The notes: generated from the sequence alone by a model not told the origin. A stretch of DNA of 12,782 bases from a bacterium (GCA_046757025.1 JBHHXN010000150.1:1-12782), one strand, 5' to 3'. Shown: positions 1-8,527, counted from the first letter of the stretch. A program made the numbers and translations.

Positions 1-195
1 TTATTAGAAGATGCTTTAAAATTGCGACCCGTAGAGAGAGCTCATTTAATTGAGGGATTAATGGCAAGTTTAGAGAAACCCGATCCTGAAATAGAAGCGA
101 TATGGGAACAGGAAGCCCTACGAAGATATGAAGCTTATAAACAAAAACGTGCAAAAGCTAAAGATTTGGAAAAGGTATTAAAAAAGTATGAGTAA
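1..195 (+). CDS. Putative addiction-module antitoxin (TIGR02574-like), 5'-truncated by the window edge
   Basis: Frame 1 is open from base 1 to TAA at 193-195 and reads LLEDALKLRPVERAHLIEGLMASLEKPDPEIEAIWEQEALRRYEAYKQKRAKAKDLEKVLKKYE. The 'AL.L...ERA.L...L..SL......I...W..E..RR' pattern is typical of this family. The stop overlaps the toxin ATG at 188. It is absent from the ORF track. Confidence 0.85.
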   Translation, partial: LLEDALKLRPVERAHLIEGLMASLEKPDPEIEAIWEQEALRRYEAYKQKRAKAKDLEKVLKKYE

Positions 196-496
196 AATGC
201 GGTTTAAAATACTTGAGCAAGCTGAGCTAGAGTTAGATGATGCGTATGATTATTATGAATATGAATTGCAAGGATTAGGGCAAAAATTTATTGTTGAATT
301 TAGGAAAGGAATAAAACGTATCCTCAATCATCCTCATGCTTGGAGTCCTATACAAGATAATGTTCGAAAATGCATATTAAAAAAGTTTCCATACAATATT
401 ATGTATGCTATAGAAGATAATTGGCTTATAATTCTCGCTGTGGCACATCAACATAGACGACCTGATTATTGGATTGATAGGCTTAATAATTTATGA
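188..496 (+). CDS. Type II toxin, RelE/ParE superfamily
   Basis: 102 aa with 'A..EL.DA..YYE....GLG..F..E....I..I...P..W......R...L..FPY.I.Y.......ILAVAH.R.P.YW', the signature of ParE-like toxins paired with addiction-module antitoxins. Alternative start ATG at 197. Confidence 0.9.
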   Translation: MSKMRFKILEQAELELDDAYDYYEYELQGLGQKFIVEFRKGIKRILNHPHAWSPIQDNVRKCILKKFPYNIMYAIEDNWLIILAVAHQHRRPDYWIDRLNNL

Positions 497-591
497 CCTC
501 CAGACAACAGTATAGTAAATTTTCCTAATTTTACTGCATGTATTTATTATACAAGGTAAATTTTAGAAAATGCAGTAGATGGCCTAATTAT

Positions 592-695
592 TACGTGGAG
601 TGCACGAAAGGGCTCTGACTTGTTGAACAGTTTTGTGCCCGCTCAAAGTTTTATTTTAACAGTGAGTTATTTGCTCTAAGACTTTTCGCCACGTA
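592..695 (+). promoter_or_regulatory. Candidate structured leader (or decayed inverted-repeat element) upstream of metH
   Basis: TACGTGG (592-598) pairs with CCACGTA (689-695). After a 6-nt bulge, CGAAAGG (605-611) pairs with CTTTTCG (682-688). I recognised no known riboswitch consensus. Confidence 0.3.
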
Positions 696-761
696 CACCC
701 GTGATCATTCGCAATCGTATTTGCCTTAAACTGCAAGAACACCATTCAGAGGATTTTAGTT

Positions 762-3700
762 TTGAGCGCTAATTATACCAAACTGATAGAGCTGCTGAAC
801 CAGCGCATTCTAATTCTCGACGGCGCCATGGGCACCATGATCCAGAAATATGGATTGGAGGAAGAAGATTTTCGGGGCCATCGTTTTCAGGATCATCCCC
901 ACGCTTTAAAAGGCGACAACGATTTGCTCAGTCTCACTCGGCCGGAAATCATCCAGGAGATTCACCGGGACTTTCTCCAGGCCGGCGCCGATATTATCGA
1001 GACCAACACCTTCAACGCCACGCCGATTTCACAGGCGGATTATCAGCTTGAGGGACTGGTTTATGAGATGAACCTCGCGTCTGTAAAAATTGCCCGAGAG
1101 GAGGCGCTGGAATTCACTCGTCGAAATCCAAACAAACCCAGATTCGTGGCCGGCGCCATCGGCCCCACCAGCAAAACTTTATCCATTTCCCCCGATGTCA
1201 ATGATCCCGGCTATCGGGCGGTCACCTTCGATGAAATGGCGGACGCGTATTTACAGCAGGTCAAAGGGCTGGTGGATGGCGGCGTGGATATTCTGGTGGT
1301 GGAAACCATTTTCGACACCTTGAACGCCAAAGCCGCTCTGCTGGCCATCCAGAATTATTTGACGAAAACCGGCAAGCAAATTCCCATCATCGTTTCCGGC
1401 ACCATTGCGGACGCCAGCGGCCGAACTCTCTCCGGTCAGACTCCCGAAGCGTTCTGGATTTCCATTTCGCATGCAAAAAACCTGCTCGGCGTCGGGCTCA
1501 ACTGCGCGCTGGGCTCCGCGCAGATGCGGCCTTATATCGAAGAGATCGCTCAGGTGGCTTCCACCCGGGTGAGTTTGTACCCCAATGCCGGCTTACCCAA
1601 TGAATTTGGCCAGTACGAGGAAACGCCGGAATTCATGGCCGGGCAAATTGCCGAGTATGCCCGCAGCGGATTTCTGAACTTAGTGGGCGGTTGCTGCGGC
1701 ACCACGGAAGCGCACATCAAAGCCATCGCCGAGGTGGCGGAACAGTACCCGCCAAGAACCGCGCCGGAAATCAAACCGTATCTGCGGCTCAGTGGACTGG
1801 AACCGCTGGTGATGCGGCCGGATTCGAATTTCATCAACGTGGGCGAGCGCACCAACGTTGCCGGCTCGAGAAAATTCGCAAAAATGATTCTCGAAGGCGA
1901 CTATGAAAGCGCGCTCTCGGTTGCCCGGCAGCAGGTGGAAAATGGCGCGCAGTTGATCGACGTCAACATGGACGAAGGCATGCTCGATTCCGAAGCCGCC
2001 ATGGTGAAGTTTTTGAATCTGCTGGGGGCGGAGCCGGACATTTGCCGGGTGCCCATCATGCTCGATTCGTCGAAATGGTCGGTCATCGAAGGCGGCTTGA
2101 AATGTTTACAGGGGAAGGGCGTGGTCAATTCCATCAGTTTGAAAGAGGGGGAAGAAGTTTTTAAAGAGCGAGCGCGACTAATTTTGCAGTACGGCGCTGC
2201 GGTGATCGTCATGGCATTTGATGAATCCGGGCAGGCCGATACTTTTGAGAGAAAAATTGCGATATGCGAAAGGGCGTATCGCATCCTGACCGAGGAAATC
2301 GGATTTCTGCCACAGGACATCATCTTTGATCCCAACATTCTCACTGTGGCCACGGGTATGGAAGAACACAACAATTATGCGGTAAACTACCTCAAAGCCG
2401 TGCGCTGGATCAAGAAGCATCTCCTGCTGGCCAAAGTCAGCGGCGGCGTCAGCAATATTTCTTTTTCATTTCGTGGCAACAATACGGTGCGGGAAGCCAT
2501 GCACTCGGCGTTTTTGTTTCACGCAGTACATGCGGGTATGGACATGGGGATTGTTAACGCCGGCCAGTTAGAAGTGTACGAAGAAATCCCGAAAGATTTG
2601 CTGCAGTTGGTGGAAGATGTGTTGCTGAATCGGCGACCGGACGCCACAGAACGCCTGATCGCTTATGCAGAAAAGATGAAACCCCAGGAGAAGAGTGAAG
2701 TACGACAAGAAGCTTGGCGGGAAGGCAGTGTGGAAGAACGTCTGAAGCATGCGCTGGTGAAAGGCATTGTGGATCACATCGAAGAAGACACCGAAGAAGC
2801 GCGGCAGAAATACACCCAACCGTTGGAGGTCATCGAAAGGCCGTTGATGGACGGGATGCATATCGTGGGGAATCTCTTTGGTTCGGGTAAAATGTTTTTA
2901 CCGCAGGTGGTGAAAAGTGCGCGTGTGATGAAAAAATCCGTGGCTTACCTGATTCCGTTTATCGAAGCGGAAAAAGCCCGCTCCGCCACCGCCAGCGCGC
3001 GCGCGCGAGTGTTGCTGGCCACGGTGAAAGGTGACGTCCATGACATCGGCAAAAACATCGTCGGCGTGGTTCTGGCCTGCAACAATTATGAAGTCATCGA
3101 TCTCGGCGTGATGGTTTCCATTGAAAAAATTTTGCAAACCGCCAGCGAGAAAAGGGTCGATATCATCGGTTTGAGCGGTTTGATCACCCCCTCCTTGGAC
3201 GAGATGGTGCACAATGCCAGGGAAATGCAGCGGCGGGGTTTCCAAATCCCGTTGCTGATCGGCGGGGCTACCACCTCCCGAATTCACACCGCCGTGAAAA
3301 TTGCCCCGAATTACGCGAATCCGGTCATCCACGTTCTGGATGCCTCACGCAGTGTCACCGTGGTCAACAATTTGATCAATTCCAAATTGCGGGGTTCGTT
3401 TTGTCAGGAAGTCGCGGAGGAATATGAGCGCCTGCGTTCAGAACGCTCACGGCGTACAAGCACAAAAAAGTATTTGACTCTGGAGCAAGCCAGAGCTAAC
3501 CGAGTCAAAATCGACTGGCAATCGCAAACCATCGAGGTTCCCAAAAAGCTCGGAGTCACCACGCTTAAAAATTACCCGCTGAATGAAATTCGAAATTACA
3601 TCGACTGGACGCCGTTTTTCCAAACCTGGGAGCTACCGGGCAAGTACCCGGCTATTTTACAGGATGCCATTCTGGGTGACGAAGCGCGCAAGCTTTTCGA

Positions 3701-4442
3701 TGATGTGAATCAATTGTTGGAAAAGGTCATTTCAAATAACTTGCTGCAGGCCAACGCCGTGCTGGGAATTTTTCCGGCCAATTCAGTGGGCGACGATATC
3801 GAACTGTACGCCAGCGATGGGCGCCAACAGGTGCGCGCGATATTTCACACCCTGCGGCAGCAGGCTCAAAAAACCGGCCGCCATCCCAATCAGGCGCTGG
3901 CGGATTTCATCGCACCCAAAGAGTCGGGTGTTGGGGATTTTCTTGGGGCGTTTGCCGTCACCGCCGGCCTGGGCATCGAAAGTGTCATCGAAAGATTTAA
4001 AGAAGCCCACGATGATTATAACGTCATCATGATTAAAGCGCTGGCTGACCGTCTGGCCGAAGCCTTTGCCGAGCTGCTGCATGAAAAAGTCCGTAAAGAA
4101 TTCTGGGGATACGCCGCCGATGAAAACTTGAGCTCTGCAGAACTTATTCAGGAACGATTCCGCGGCATTCGTCCAGCGCCGGGTTATCCAGCCTGTCCCG
4201 ATCATACTGAAAAACGCACTTTGTTTGATTTACTGGAGGTGGAAAAACATACGGAAATTTCTTTAACTGAAAATTACGCGATGACGCCGGCGGCTTCGGT
4301 CTGCGGTTTGTATTTTGCGCACCCGCAGGCAAATTATTTTTCGGTTGGAAAGATTTGCCGAGATCAGGTTCTGGACTATCAAAAGCGCAAAGGGTGTGCG
4401 GTTGAAGAAGTAGAAAAGTGGCTGCGGCAGTCTATTGCTTAA
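762..4442 (+). CDS. metH: Cobalamin-dependent methionine synthase
   Basis: 1226 aa, TTG start after AGAGGA (748-753). Hcy-binding domain (LDGAMGT, GLNC, GGCCG Zn ligands), pterin domain ([19 protein letters not shown]), B12-binding motif ([22 protein letters not shown]) and activation domain ([15 protein letters not shown]). Confidence 0.98.
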   Translation: MSANYTKLIELLNQRILILDGAMGTMIQKYGLEEEDFRGHRFQDHPHALKGDNDLLSLTRPEIIQEIHRDFLQAGADIIETNTFNATPISQADYQLEGLVYEMNLASVKIAREEALEFTRRNPNKPRFVAGAIGPTSKTLSISPDVNDPGYRAVTFDEMADAYLQQVKGLVDGGVDILVVETIFDTLNAKAALLAIQNYLTKTGKQIPIIVSGTIADASGRTLSGQTPEAFWISISHAKNLLGVGLNCALGSAQMRPYIEEIAQVASTRVSLYPNAGLPNEFGQYEETPEFMAGQIAEYARSGFLNLVGGCCGTTEAHIKAIAEVAEQYPPRTAPEIKPYLRLSGLEPLVMRPDSNFINVGERTNVAGSRKFAKMILEGDYESALSVARQQVENGAQLIDVNMDEGMLDSEAAMVKFLNLLGAEPDICRVPIMLDSSKWSVIEGGLKCLQGKGVVNSISLKEGEEVFKERARLILQYGAAVIVMAFDESGQADTFERKIAICERAYRILTEEIGFLPQDIIFDPNILTVATGMEEHNNYAVNYLKAVRWIKKHLLLAKVSGGVSNISFSFRGNNTVREAMHSAFLFHAVHAGMDMGIVNAGQLEVYEEIPKDLLQLVEDVLLNRRPDATERLIAYAEKMKPQEKSEVRQEAWREGSVEERLKHALVKGIVDHIEEDTEEARQKYTQPLEVIERPLMDGMHIVGNLFGSGKMFLPQVVKSARVMKKSVAYLIPFIEAEKARSATASARARVLLATVKGDVHDIGKNIVGVVLACNNYEVIDLGVMVSIEKILQTASEKRVDIIGLSGLITPSLDEMVHNAREMQRRGFQIPLLIGGATTSRIHTAVKIAPNYANPVIHVLDASRSVTVVNNLINSKLRGSFCQEVAEEYERLRSERSRRTSTKKYLTLEQARANRVKIDWQSQTIEVPKKLGVTTLKNYPLNEIRNYIDWTPFFQTWELPGKYPAILQDAILGDEARKLFDDVNQLLEKVISNNLLQANAVLGIFPANSVGDDIELYASDGRQQVRAIFHTLRQQAQKTGRHPNQALADFIAPKESGVGDFLGAFAVTAGLGIESVIERFKEAHDDYNVIMIKALADRLAEAFAELLHEKVRKEFWGYAADENLSSAELIQERFRGIRPAPGYPACPDHTEKRTLFDLLEVEKHTEISLTENYAMTPAASVCGLYFAHPQANYFSVGKICRDQVLDYQKRKGCAVEEVEKWLRQSIA

Positions 4443-4465
4443 AATAACTGCTTTACATACTGAAC

Positions 4466-4584
4466 GAAGGCTTGAAATCCCAATTTTCAAAAACAAATTA
4501 CCAACAAATTCCAATATTCAATTTCAAAGTTTTAAACCGCCTTCAGCGCAAGTGACCCTTTAAATTGGAATTTGAAATTTTTTG
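4466..4584. repeat. Degenerate heptamer-unit (AAATTCC-like) inverted repeat element
   Basis: Units aaatccc/aattttc/aaaaac/aaattac/aaattcc/aatattc/aatttc at 4475-4528. CAAATTCCAAT (4505-4515) is the exact reverse complement of ATTGGAATTTG (4564-4574). GAAGGC (4466-4471) and GCCTTC (4539-4544) bracket the left arm. Confidence 0.6.
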
Positions 4585-4601
4585 TGATAGGAGGTGTGGC
4601 C

Positions 4602-5162
4602 ATGAACGTCGCCATAACTATCGTTGTTTTTGCTGCAATTCTCATCGTCTCATTCCTTGTTTTGCGTCCCCTGTTCAAAGCCTACTGGCGCCATAAAGGC
4701 AAAATGATGGTCACGTGCCCTGAAACCGAACAACCCGCGGGAGTGGAAGTGGATGCTAAACATGCTGCATTCACTGCTACATTCGGTGAGAAAAACCTGC
4801 TGTTAAAAGAATGCACACGCTGGCCGGAGCGTCAGAATTGTGGCCAGGAATGCCTGCAACAAGTGGAGGAATCGCCAGAAAATTGTCTTGTGCGGGTCAT
4901 TTTGACCAACTGGTATCAGGGAAAATCTTGCAATTATTGCGGCAAGGTCTTTGAAGAAATTCAATGGCATGACCACAAACCCGCGCTTTTGAGCCCCGAC
5001 AACGAATTTGTTGACTGGGCAAAGATGCCGGTGGAAGCGCTACCTGAATTGCTCTCCACCAGCCAGCCGGTGTGCTGGGATTGCAACCTCGCGGAAACCT
5101 TTCGGAGGGAGCACGCTGATTTGGTCACCGAGCGCCCCTGGAAACGCGGCCGTCTGATTTGA
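4602..5162 (+). CDS. Uncharacterised membrane-anchored Cys-rich protein (probable metal binding)
   Basis: A strong AGGAGGTG RBS precedes ATG 4602, so the TTG at 4572 is rejected. 186 aa with an N-terminal hydrophobic helix followed by a basic patch, and 9 Cys: CPET, CTRWP, CGQEC, ENC, CNYC, CWDC. Confidence 0.85.
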   Translation: MNVAITIVVFAAILIVSFLVLRPLFKAYWRHKGKMMVTCPETEQPAGVEVDAKHAAFTATFGEKNLLLKECTRWPERQNCGQECLQQVEESPENCLVRVILTNWYQGKSCNYCGKVFEEIQWHDHKPALLSPDNEFVDWAKMPVEALPELLSTSQPVCWDCNLAETFRREHADLVTERPWKRGRLI

Positions 5163-5200
5163 ACGGCGACTGTTTCATCAAATGGCCTTTCGGTGCTAAA

Positions 5201-5617
5201 CTAACTCCTATCGCTTTCAGCTGTAAATGTATAACACCAAGCTTCGCCACTCAGAACGGTTTCTCCCGTCTGACGAAACACCTCTACCTTCAATTGGCAA
5301 ACGGGTTTGTCTGCATGAACGTCCAGCACCTCCACTTTTGCTGTGATGGTGTCGCCGATGAAAACCGGTGCGGTGAATTTCCAGTTCTGACTTAAAAAAA
5401 CGGTACCCGATCCCGGCAAATCGGTGGCGACTAAAGCATGCAGCAATCCCGTGGTTAAACCACCCTGCACGATCAGCTTCTTGAATTTGGTTTTTTCAAC
5501 GAAAGCAGTATCGTAATGGAGCGGGTTATAATCACCGGTAATTTCAGAATATTTTTGTACATGGTTGCGTGTGAGGGTGATTTTACGCGTGGCTACCTGG
5601 CCGATTTTTAATTCCAT
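5201..5617 (-). CDS. MaoC-family (R)-specific enoyl-CoA hydratase/dehydratase, hotdog fold
   Basis: Hydratase motif 'ITGDYNPLHYD', then 'IVQGGL', 'LPGSGTVFLSQNWKFTAPVFIGDT'. ATG at 5617 is preceded by GGAG on the minus strand. Confidence 0.9.
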   Translation of the reverse strand: MELKIGQVATRKITLTRNHVQKYSEITGDYNPLHYDTAFVEKTKFKKLIVQGGLTTGLLHALVATDLPGSGTVFLSQNWKFTAPVFIGDTITAKVEVLDVHADKPVCQLKVEVFRQTGETVLSGEAWCYTFTAESDRS

Positions 5618-5705
5618 TTTTATCTCCAAAGAGTTTTATATAAAAACATCGCAAACTTGAAATAAATTTCCATGATTTAGTTTAGATTCACGGTTGAGAA
5701 ATACT

Positions 5706-5734
5706 TTGACTTACTGCCTTAGAATTTTTAATTT
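5706..5734 (+). promoter_or_regulatory. Putative sigma70-type promoter for the EVE gene
   Basis: TTGACT (5706-5711), 17-bp spacer, TAATTT (5729-5734), in the AT-rich divergent spacer. Confidence 0.45.
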
Positions 5735-5837
5735 CACTGCTAATTTTCGATTCATTAATAAATTTTATTTGGGAAATTAAGATTTCTGAGGAATCAAAAT
5801 AAAAAATTATAATACGTCAAATACATGAGGAAATGAC

Positions 5838-6305
5838 ATGTCCATAAAATACTGGTTATTCAAATCTGAACCGCATGTGTTTTCTTTTGAGGATTTGAAA
5901 AATAGTCCAGACGCCACAACCCACTGGGATGGCGTACGAAATTACCAGGCCAGAAATTTCATGCGGGATGAGATGAAAAAAGGCGACCAGGTGCTGTTTT
6001 ACCATTCACATTGCGATGAAATGGGAATGGTTGGTGTTGCGGAAGTGACCAGAGACGCCTATCCCGATCACACCTCCTGGGACGCCAGCTCAAAATATTT
6101 CGATGCCAAATCCAGTCCGCAAAACCCACGATGGTTTATGGTGGACATTACCTATAAACAGGCATTTCGAAAGAAGGTCACCCTGTCTGAATTGAAAGCC
6201 ACGCCGGCGTTAAGCGGGATGCGGGTGGTGCAACAGGGCCAGCGGCTTTCCATTCAGCCGGTGGAAAAGGAGCATTTCGATATCGTGTGTAAAATGGGAA
6301 TGTAA
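5838..6305 (+). CDS. EVE-domain protein (THYN1-like, PUA-related modified-base reader)
   Basis: 'YWLFKSEP', 'WDGVRNYQARNFMR', 'GD.VLFYHS', 'AYPD', 'PRW.MVD', 'RLSIQPV'; GAGGA RBS. Confidence 0.93.
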   Translation: MSIKYWLFKSEPHVFSFEDLKNSPDATTHWDGVRNYQARNFMRDEMKKGDQVLFYHSHCDEMGMVGVAEVTRDAYPDHTSWDASSKYFDAKSSPQNPRWFMVDITYKQAFRKKVTLSELKATPALSGMRVVQQGQRLSIQPVEKEHFDIVCKMGM

Positions 6306-6314
6306 ATAAAATTA

Positions 6315-6525
6315 CTAACATTTCTCACTTCAAATACGATTAAAAAAAGTGTACTGTAGCTGACATTCCCCGCCTTGCGGGACAGGCAGGAGGAATCTTT
6401 TTGATTGTCAGTACAGTTGCTAGTTCAATACTCATTTCGTAGAACTAAAAAGATTCTTCCAGAATGACATATAAAGCCTTGTTTATATGACAGATTAATC
6501 AACTTATTGAAGTGAGAAATGTTAG
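6315..6525. mobile_element. 211-bp MITE with 19-bp TIRs and 8-bp target-site duplication
   Basis: CTAACATTTCTCACTTCAA (6315-6333) and TTGAAGTGAGAAATGTTAG (6507-6525) are a perfect inverted repeat. TAAAATTA is directly repeated at 6307-6314 and 6526-6533. There is no internal ORF. Confidence 0.88.
6361..6469. repeat. TGTC-tagged REP-like palindrome inside the MITE, with a 19-bp nested mini-hairpin
   Basis: The left arm TGACATTC+AGGAGGAATCTTTTT matches the reverse complement of 6447-6469 at 20/23 once the insert CCCGCCTTGCGGG-ACAGGC (6369-6387) is removed. Confidence 0.75.
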
Positions 6526-6607
6526 TAAAATTATTTACGGATGAATTTAGAATTAGGAAGATGATGATTGGTAGTAACAAACCGTTCGCGGTTCAAAGAG
6601 TATTTGT

Positions 6608-6659
6608 AGTACTATCTCTCATCTTTTGCGTTTTTTTGCAAAAGATGAGAGATAGTACT
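6608..6659. repeat. Perfect 22-bp-arm palindrome; possible bidirectional terminator between convergent EVE and nth genes
   Basis: AGTACTATCTCTCATCTTTTGC (6608-6629), 8-nt loop GTTTTTTT, GCAAAAGATGAGAGATAGTACT (6638-6659). It lies 7 nt past the nth stop codon. Confidence 0.85.
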
Positions 6660-6666
6660 CTGTGGA

Positions 6667-7302
6667 TTATCCGAACAACTCCTTCCTGCCAATTTTGCTG
6701 CAAAGCGGACAGTTTTCTGCTCGATGGTTGCGCGCTGGGCAATATTCTCTTCCAAAATAAATAATTTGCAAATGCAGCTTGTTCCACAGTTTTTTTGGGA
6801 AAATGCGTTTCAAATCCTTTTCCGTTTGAACCACCGATTTGCCGCTGGACAAACCCCAGCGGTGAGCCAGTCGGTGGATGTGCGTATCCACGGGAAAGGC
6901 GGGGATGCCAAATGCCTGCGCCATGACCACGGAGGCGGTTTTGTGGCCCACGCCCGGCAGCGATTCCAGCGCTTCAAAATCGGCTGGCACACAACCCTGG
7001 TGGTTTTCCAGCAAAATCTGTGAGAGCTTATGAATGGCCTCGGCCTTGCGCGGCGCCAGTCCGCACGGTTTGATTACTTCGAGAATTTCCTGCACGCTCA
7101 ACTCAATCATTTTTTGCGGTGTGTGGGCTCTTTCGAAGAGAACCGGCGTCACGCGATTGACCATGACATCCGTGGTTTGCGCGGAAAGCAGCACCGAAAT
7201 CAGCAATGTGTAAGGGTCACGGTGGTTGAGAGGAATCGGAGGCAACGGAAACAGCTTGTCCAGCGTTTTGACGATGAGTTTGGCTTTTTCTTGTACGGTC
7301 AT
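6667..7302 (-). CDS. nth: Endonuclease III (HhH-GPD DNA glycosylase/AP lyase)
   Basis: 'LLISVLLSAQTTD..VN.VTP.LF', HhH 'LPGVGHKTA' with the catalytic Lys, 'FPVDTHI.R' with the catalytic Asp. The C-terminus has only three Cys (CPARNHRAENCPLC). Confidence 0.93.
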   Translation of the reverse strand: MTVQEKAKLIVKTLDKLFPLPPIPLNHRDPYTLLISVLLSAQTTDVMVNRVTPVLFERAHTPQKMIELSVQEILEVIKPCGLAPRKAEAIHKLSQILLENHQGCVPADFEALESLPGVGHKTASVVMAQAFGIPAFPVDTHIHRLAHRWGLSSGKSVVQTEKDLKRIFPKKLWNKLHLQIIYFGREYCPARNHRAENCPLCSKIGRKELFG

Positions 7303-7402
7303 GTTTTTATTTTTTTTGATGATAAAATATGGGTACTATATTATTTTGAGCGCCGCATGGAATAGTTGTTTCATTTTTCAGGCGGAACAACCTTTTCCGG
7401 CC

Positions 7403-7492
7403 TGCCATTTTGTAAGAATCTTTTTGCAACCGACAGTAACACTGTTTTAGTAAATTTTCTCTGTAAACTAACAAGATGCTTCCAGCATGACA
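7403..7492. repeat. Second, degenerate copy of the TGTC-tagged REP-like element
   Basis: 7466-7492 AACTAACAAGATGCTTCCAGCATGACA matches 6443-6469 AACTAAAAAGATTCTTCCAGAATGACA at 24/27. GAATCTTTTTG is shared in the left arm. Confidence 0.7.
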
Positions 7493-7526
7493 AATCAGGG
7501 TCGCGATTAGAACTGAACGAGCCCAG

Positions 7527-7612
7527 CTTATTTTCCCAACGAGATTTACAAGATTGACAGGATATGAATCCAATTTGCTCTGATAAACCAGGAAAACCCG
7601 TCGAAAAATAAG
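7527..7612. repeat. Degenerate nonamer-unit (ACAGGATTT-like) inverted repeat element
   Basis: Tandem units acgagattt/acaagattg/acaggatat (7539-7565), decayed complementary units aaaccagga/aaacccgtc (about 7585-7602), closed by CTTATTTT (7527-7534) and AAAATAAG (7605-7612). Confidence 0.5.
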
Positions 7613-7645
7613 AAATTTATCCAAGCAGATCAATATAGAGCCGGT

Positions 7646-8455
7646 TTAAATCGAAATTTCATCAAACCAAAACGACTGGCCCGGCGCAAGGATATGATCT
7701 CGAAAAGCGATCATGCCGTCTGTTCGCACCAGCCTTCGGTCTCCTAACACCGCTCGCAACGCACTGATAAAAGTACCGTGAGTAAAAGCAAGGATGATTT
7801 TCTCTCGAAAGTTTTTGTTCAGAGATTTCACCAGGCCGGCAGCGCGCATCATGACATCCAGGAAACTTTCGCCGCTGCCCTGCCAGTCGATGGTGGCATT
7901 TTGGGCAGTTCGATAATTTATGACCAGTTGTTTGAAATGCTCGTCGTCGATGTCTGCCAAGGCACAACCGTCGTAACTGCCAAAGGATACTTCACGAAGC
8001 CCTTGCTCAATTTGCGTTTGCAAAAGTAAGCCGGTTTGGTTTTGAAAGGTATCGAGAAAAATATCCGCGGTGTCGCGAGCGCGGGTCAGGGGACTCGTGA
8101 GTATGACTAATTTGCCGGTGCGGGCAAAATCAACGAGCTCATTTTGCCCAAATCGCCGTTCAAGGTCGGTCAGCAAGCGGCAGGCGGTTTCCCGGGCTTG
8201 CTTTCGGCCCATAGCATTCAGTTGATTCTCAGACGCGTCCACCTGACCCTGCAGCACATGCTTCAAAACGCCGTCGGTTTCGCCGTGTCGTACCACAGCC
8301 ATGGGCAAATGCAATTTCACCACCGCTCCCTTCATGAATATCTGGCCAGTGTGGGGATTCACCGCGATTTGGTGTTGCAATTCCGGAATAGTTCTCACCG
8401 GTTGGAGGTTTCTTGAATCAGGCGGCATTTGGTTTGGAAAATTAAGAATGTCCAC
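7646..8455 (-). CDS. Histidine phosphatase family protein (PGM/CobC-like branch 1)
   Basis: 'VVRHGETD' catalytic RHG, 'TSPLTRARDTA', 'LREVSFGSYDG', 'GESF', 'FTHG'. The start is uncertain (GTG 8455 or a later ATG). Confidence 0.9.
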   Translation of the reverse strand: MDILNFPNQMPPDSRNLQPVRTIPELQHQIAVNPHTGQIFMKGAVVKLHLPMAVVRHGETDGVLKHVLQGQVDASENQLNAMGRKQARETACRLLTDLERRFGQNELVDFARTGKLVILTSPLTRARDTADIFLDTFQNQTGLLLQTQIEQGLREVSFGSYDGCALADIDDEHFKQLVINYRTAQNATIDWQGSGESFLDVMMRAAGLVKSLNKNFREKIILAFTHGTFISALRAVLGDRRLVRTDGMIAFRDHILAPGQSFWFDEISI

Positions 8456-8489
8456 TTAAAAACTATGGATGTGAATTAGTGCAGGACAC

Positions 8490-8527
8490 TCCCTTATATC
8501 CCCCCCTCTTGAAGGGGCAAAGGGGGG
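8490..8527. repeat. C-run/G-run palindromic short repeat
   Basis: TCCCTTATATCCCCCCCTCTTGAAGGGGCAAAGGGGGG, in which the C-tracts can pair with either downstream G-tract. Confidence 0.55.

Noticed and set aside
497..700. Integron attC site after the TA pair
   Set aside because: No convincing RYYYAAC...GTTRRRY pair with L boxes; GCCTAAT at about 582 is only a partial match.
497..761. Known SAM-I, SAH or cobalamin riboswitch before metH
   Set aside because: I could not find their conserved cores by eye; a covariance-model search would be needed to exclude them fully.
1090..4514. Numerous alternative-frame and antisense ORFs within metH (and likewise within nth, cobB, DJ-1 and the TolB-like gene)
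   Set aside because: These are shadow ORFs expected from codon bias in well-supported genes, with no independent motifs.
6519..6787. Small ORFs 6519-6764 (+) and 6593-6787 (-)
   Set aside because: They run across the MITE end, the 22-bp palindrome (hence the shared 'KMRDST' text) and the nth 3' end, so they are artefacts.
5838..7302. EVE plus Nth as a modified-DNA restriction or repair system
   Set aside because: The genes are convergent and separated by a MITE and a palindrome, EVE has no nuclease fusion, and both are common stand-alone genes.
7307..7633. 108-aa minus-strand ORF between nth and the phosphatase
   Set aside because: It is made largely of two repeat elements, has no recognisable motif and has no clear RBS.
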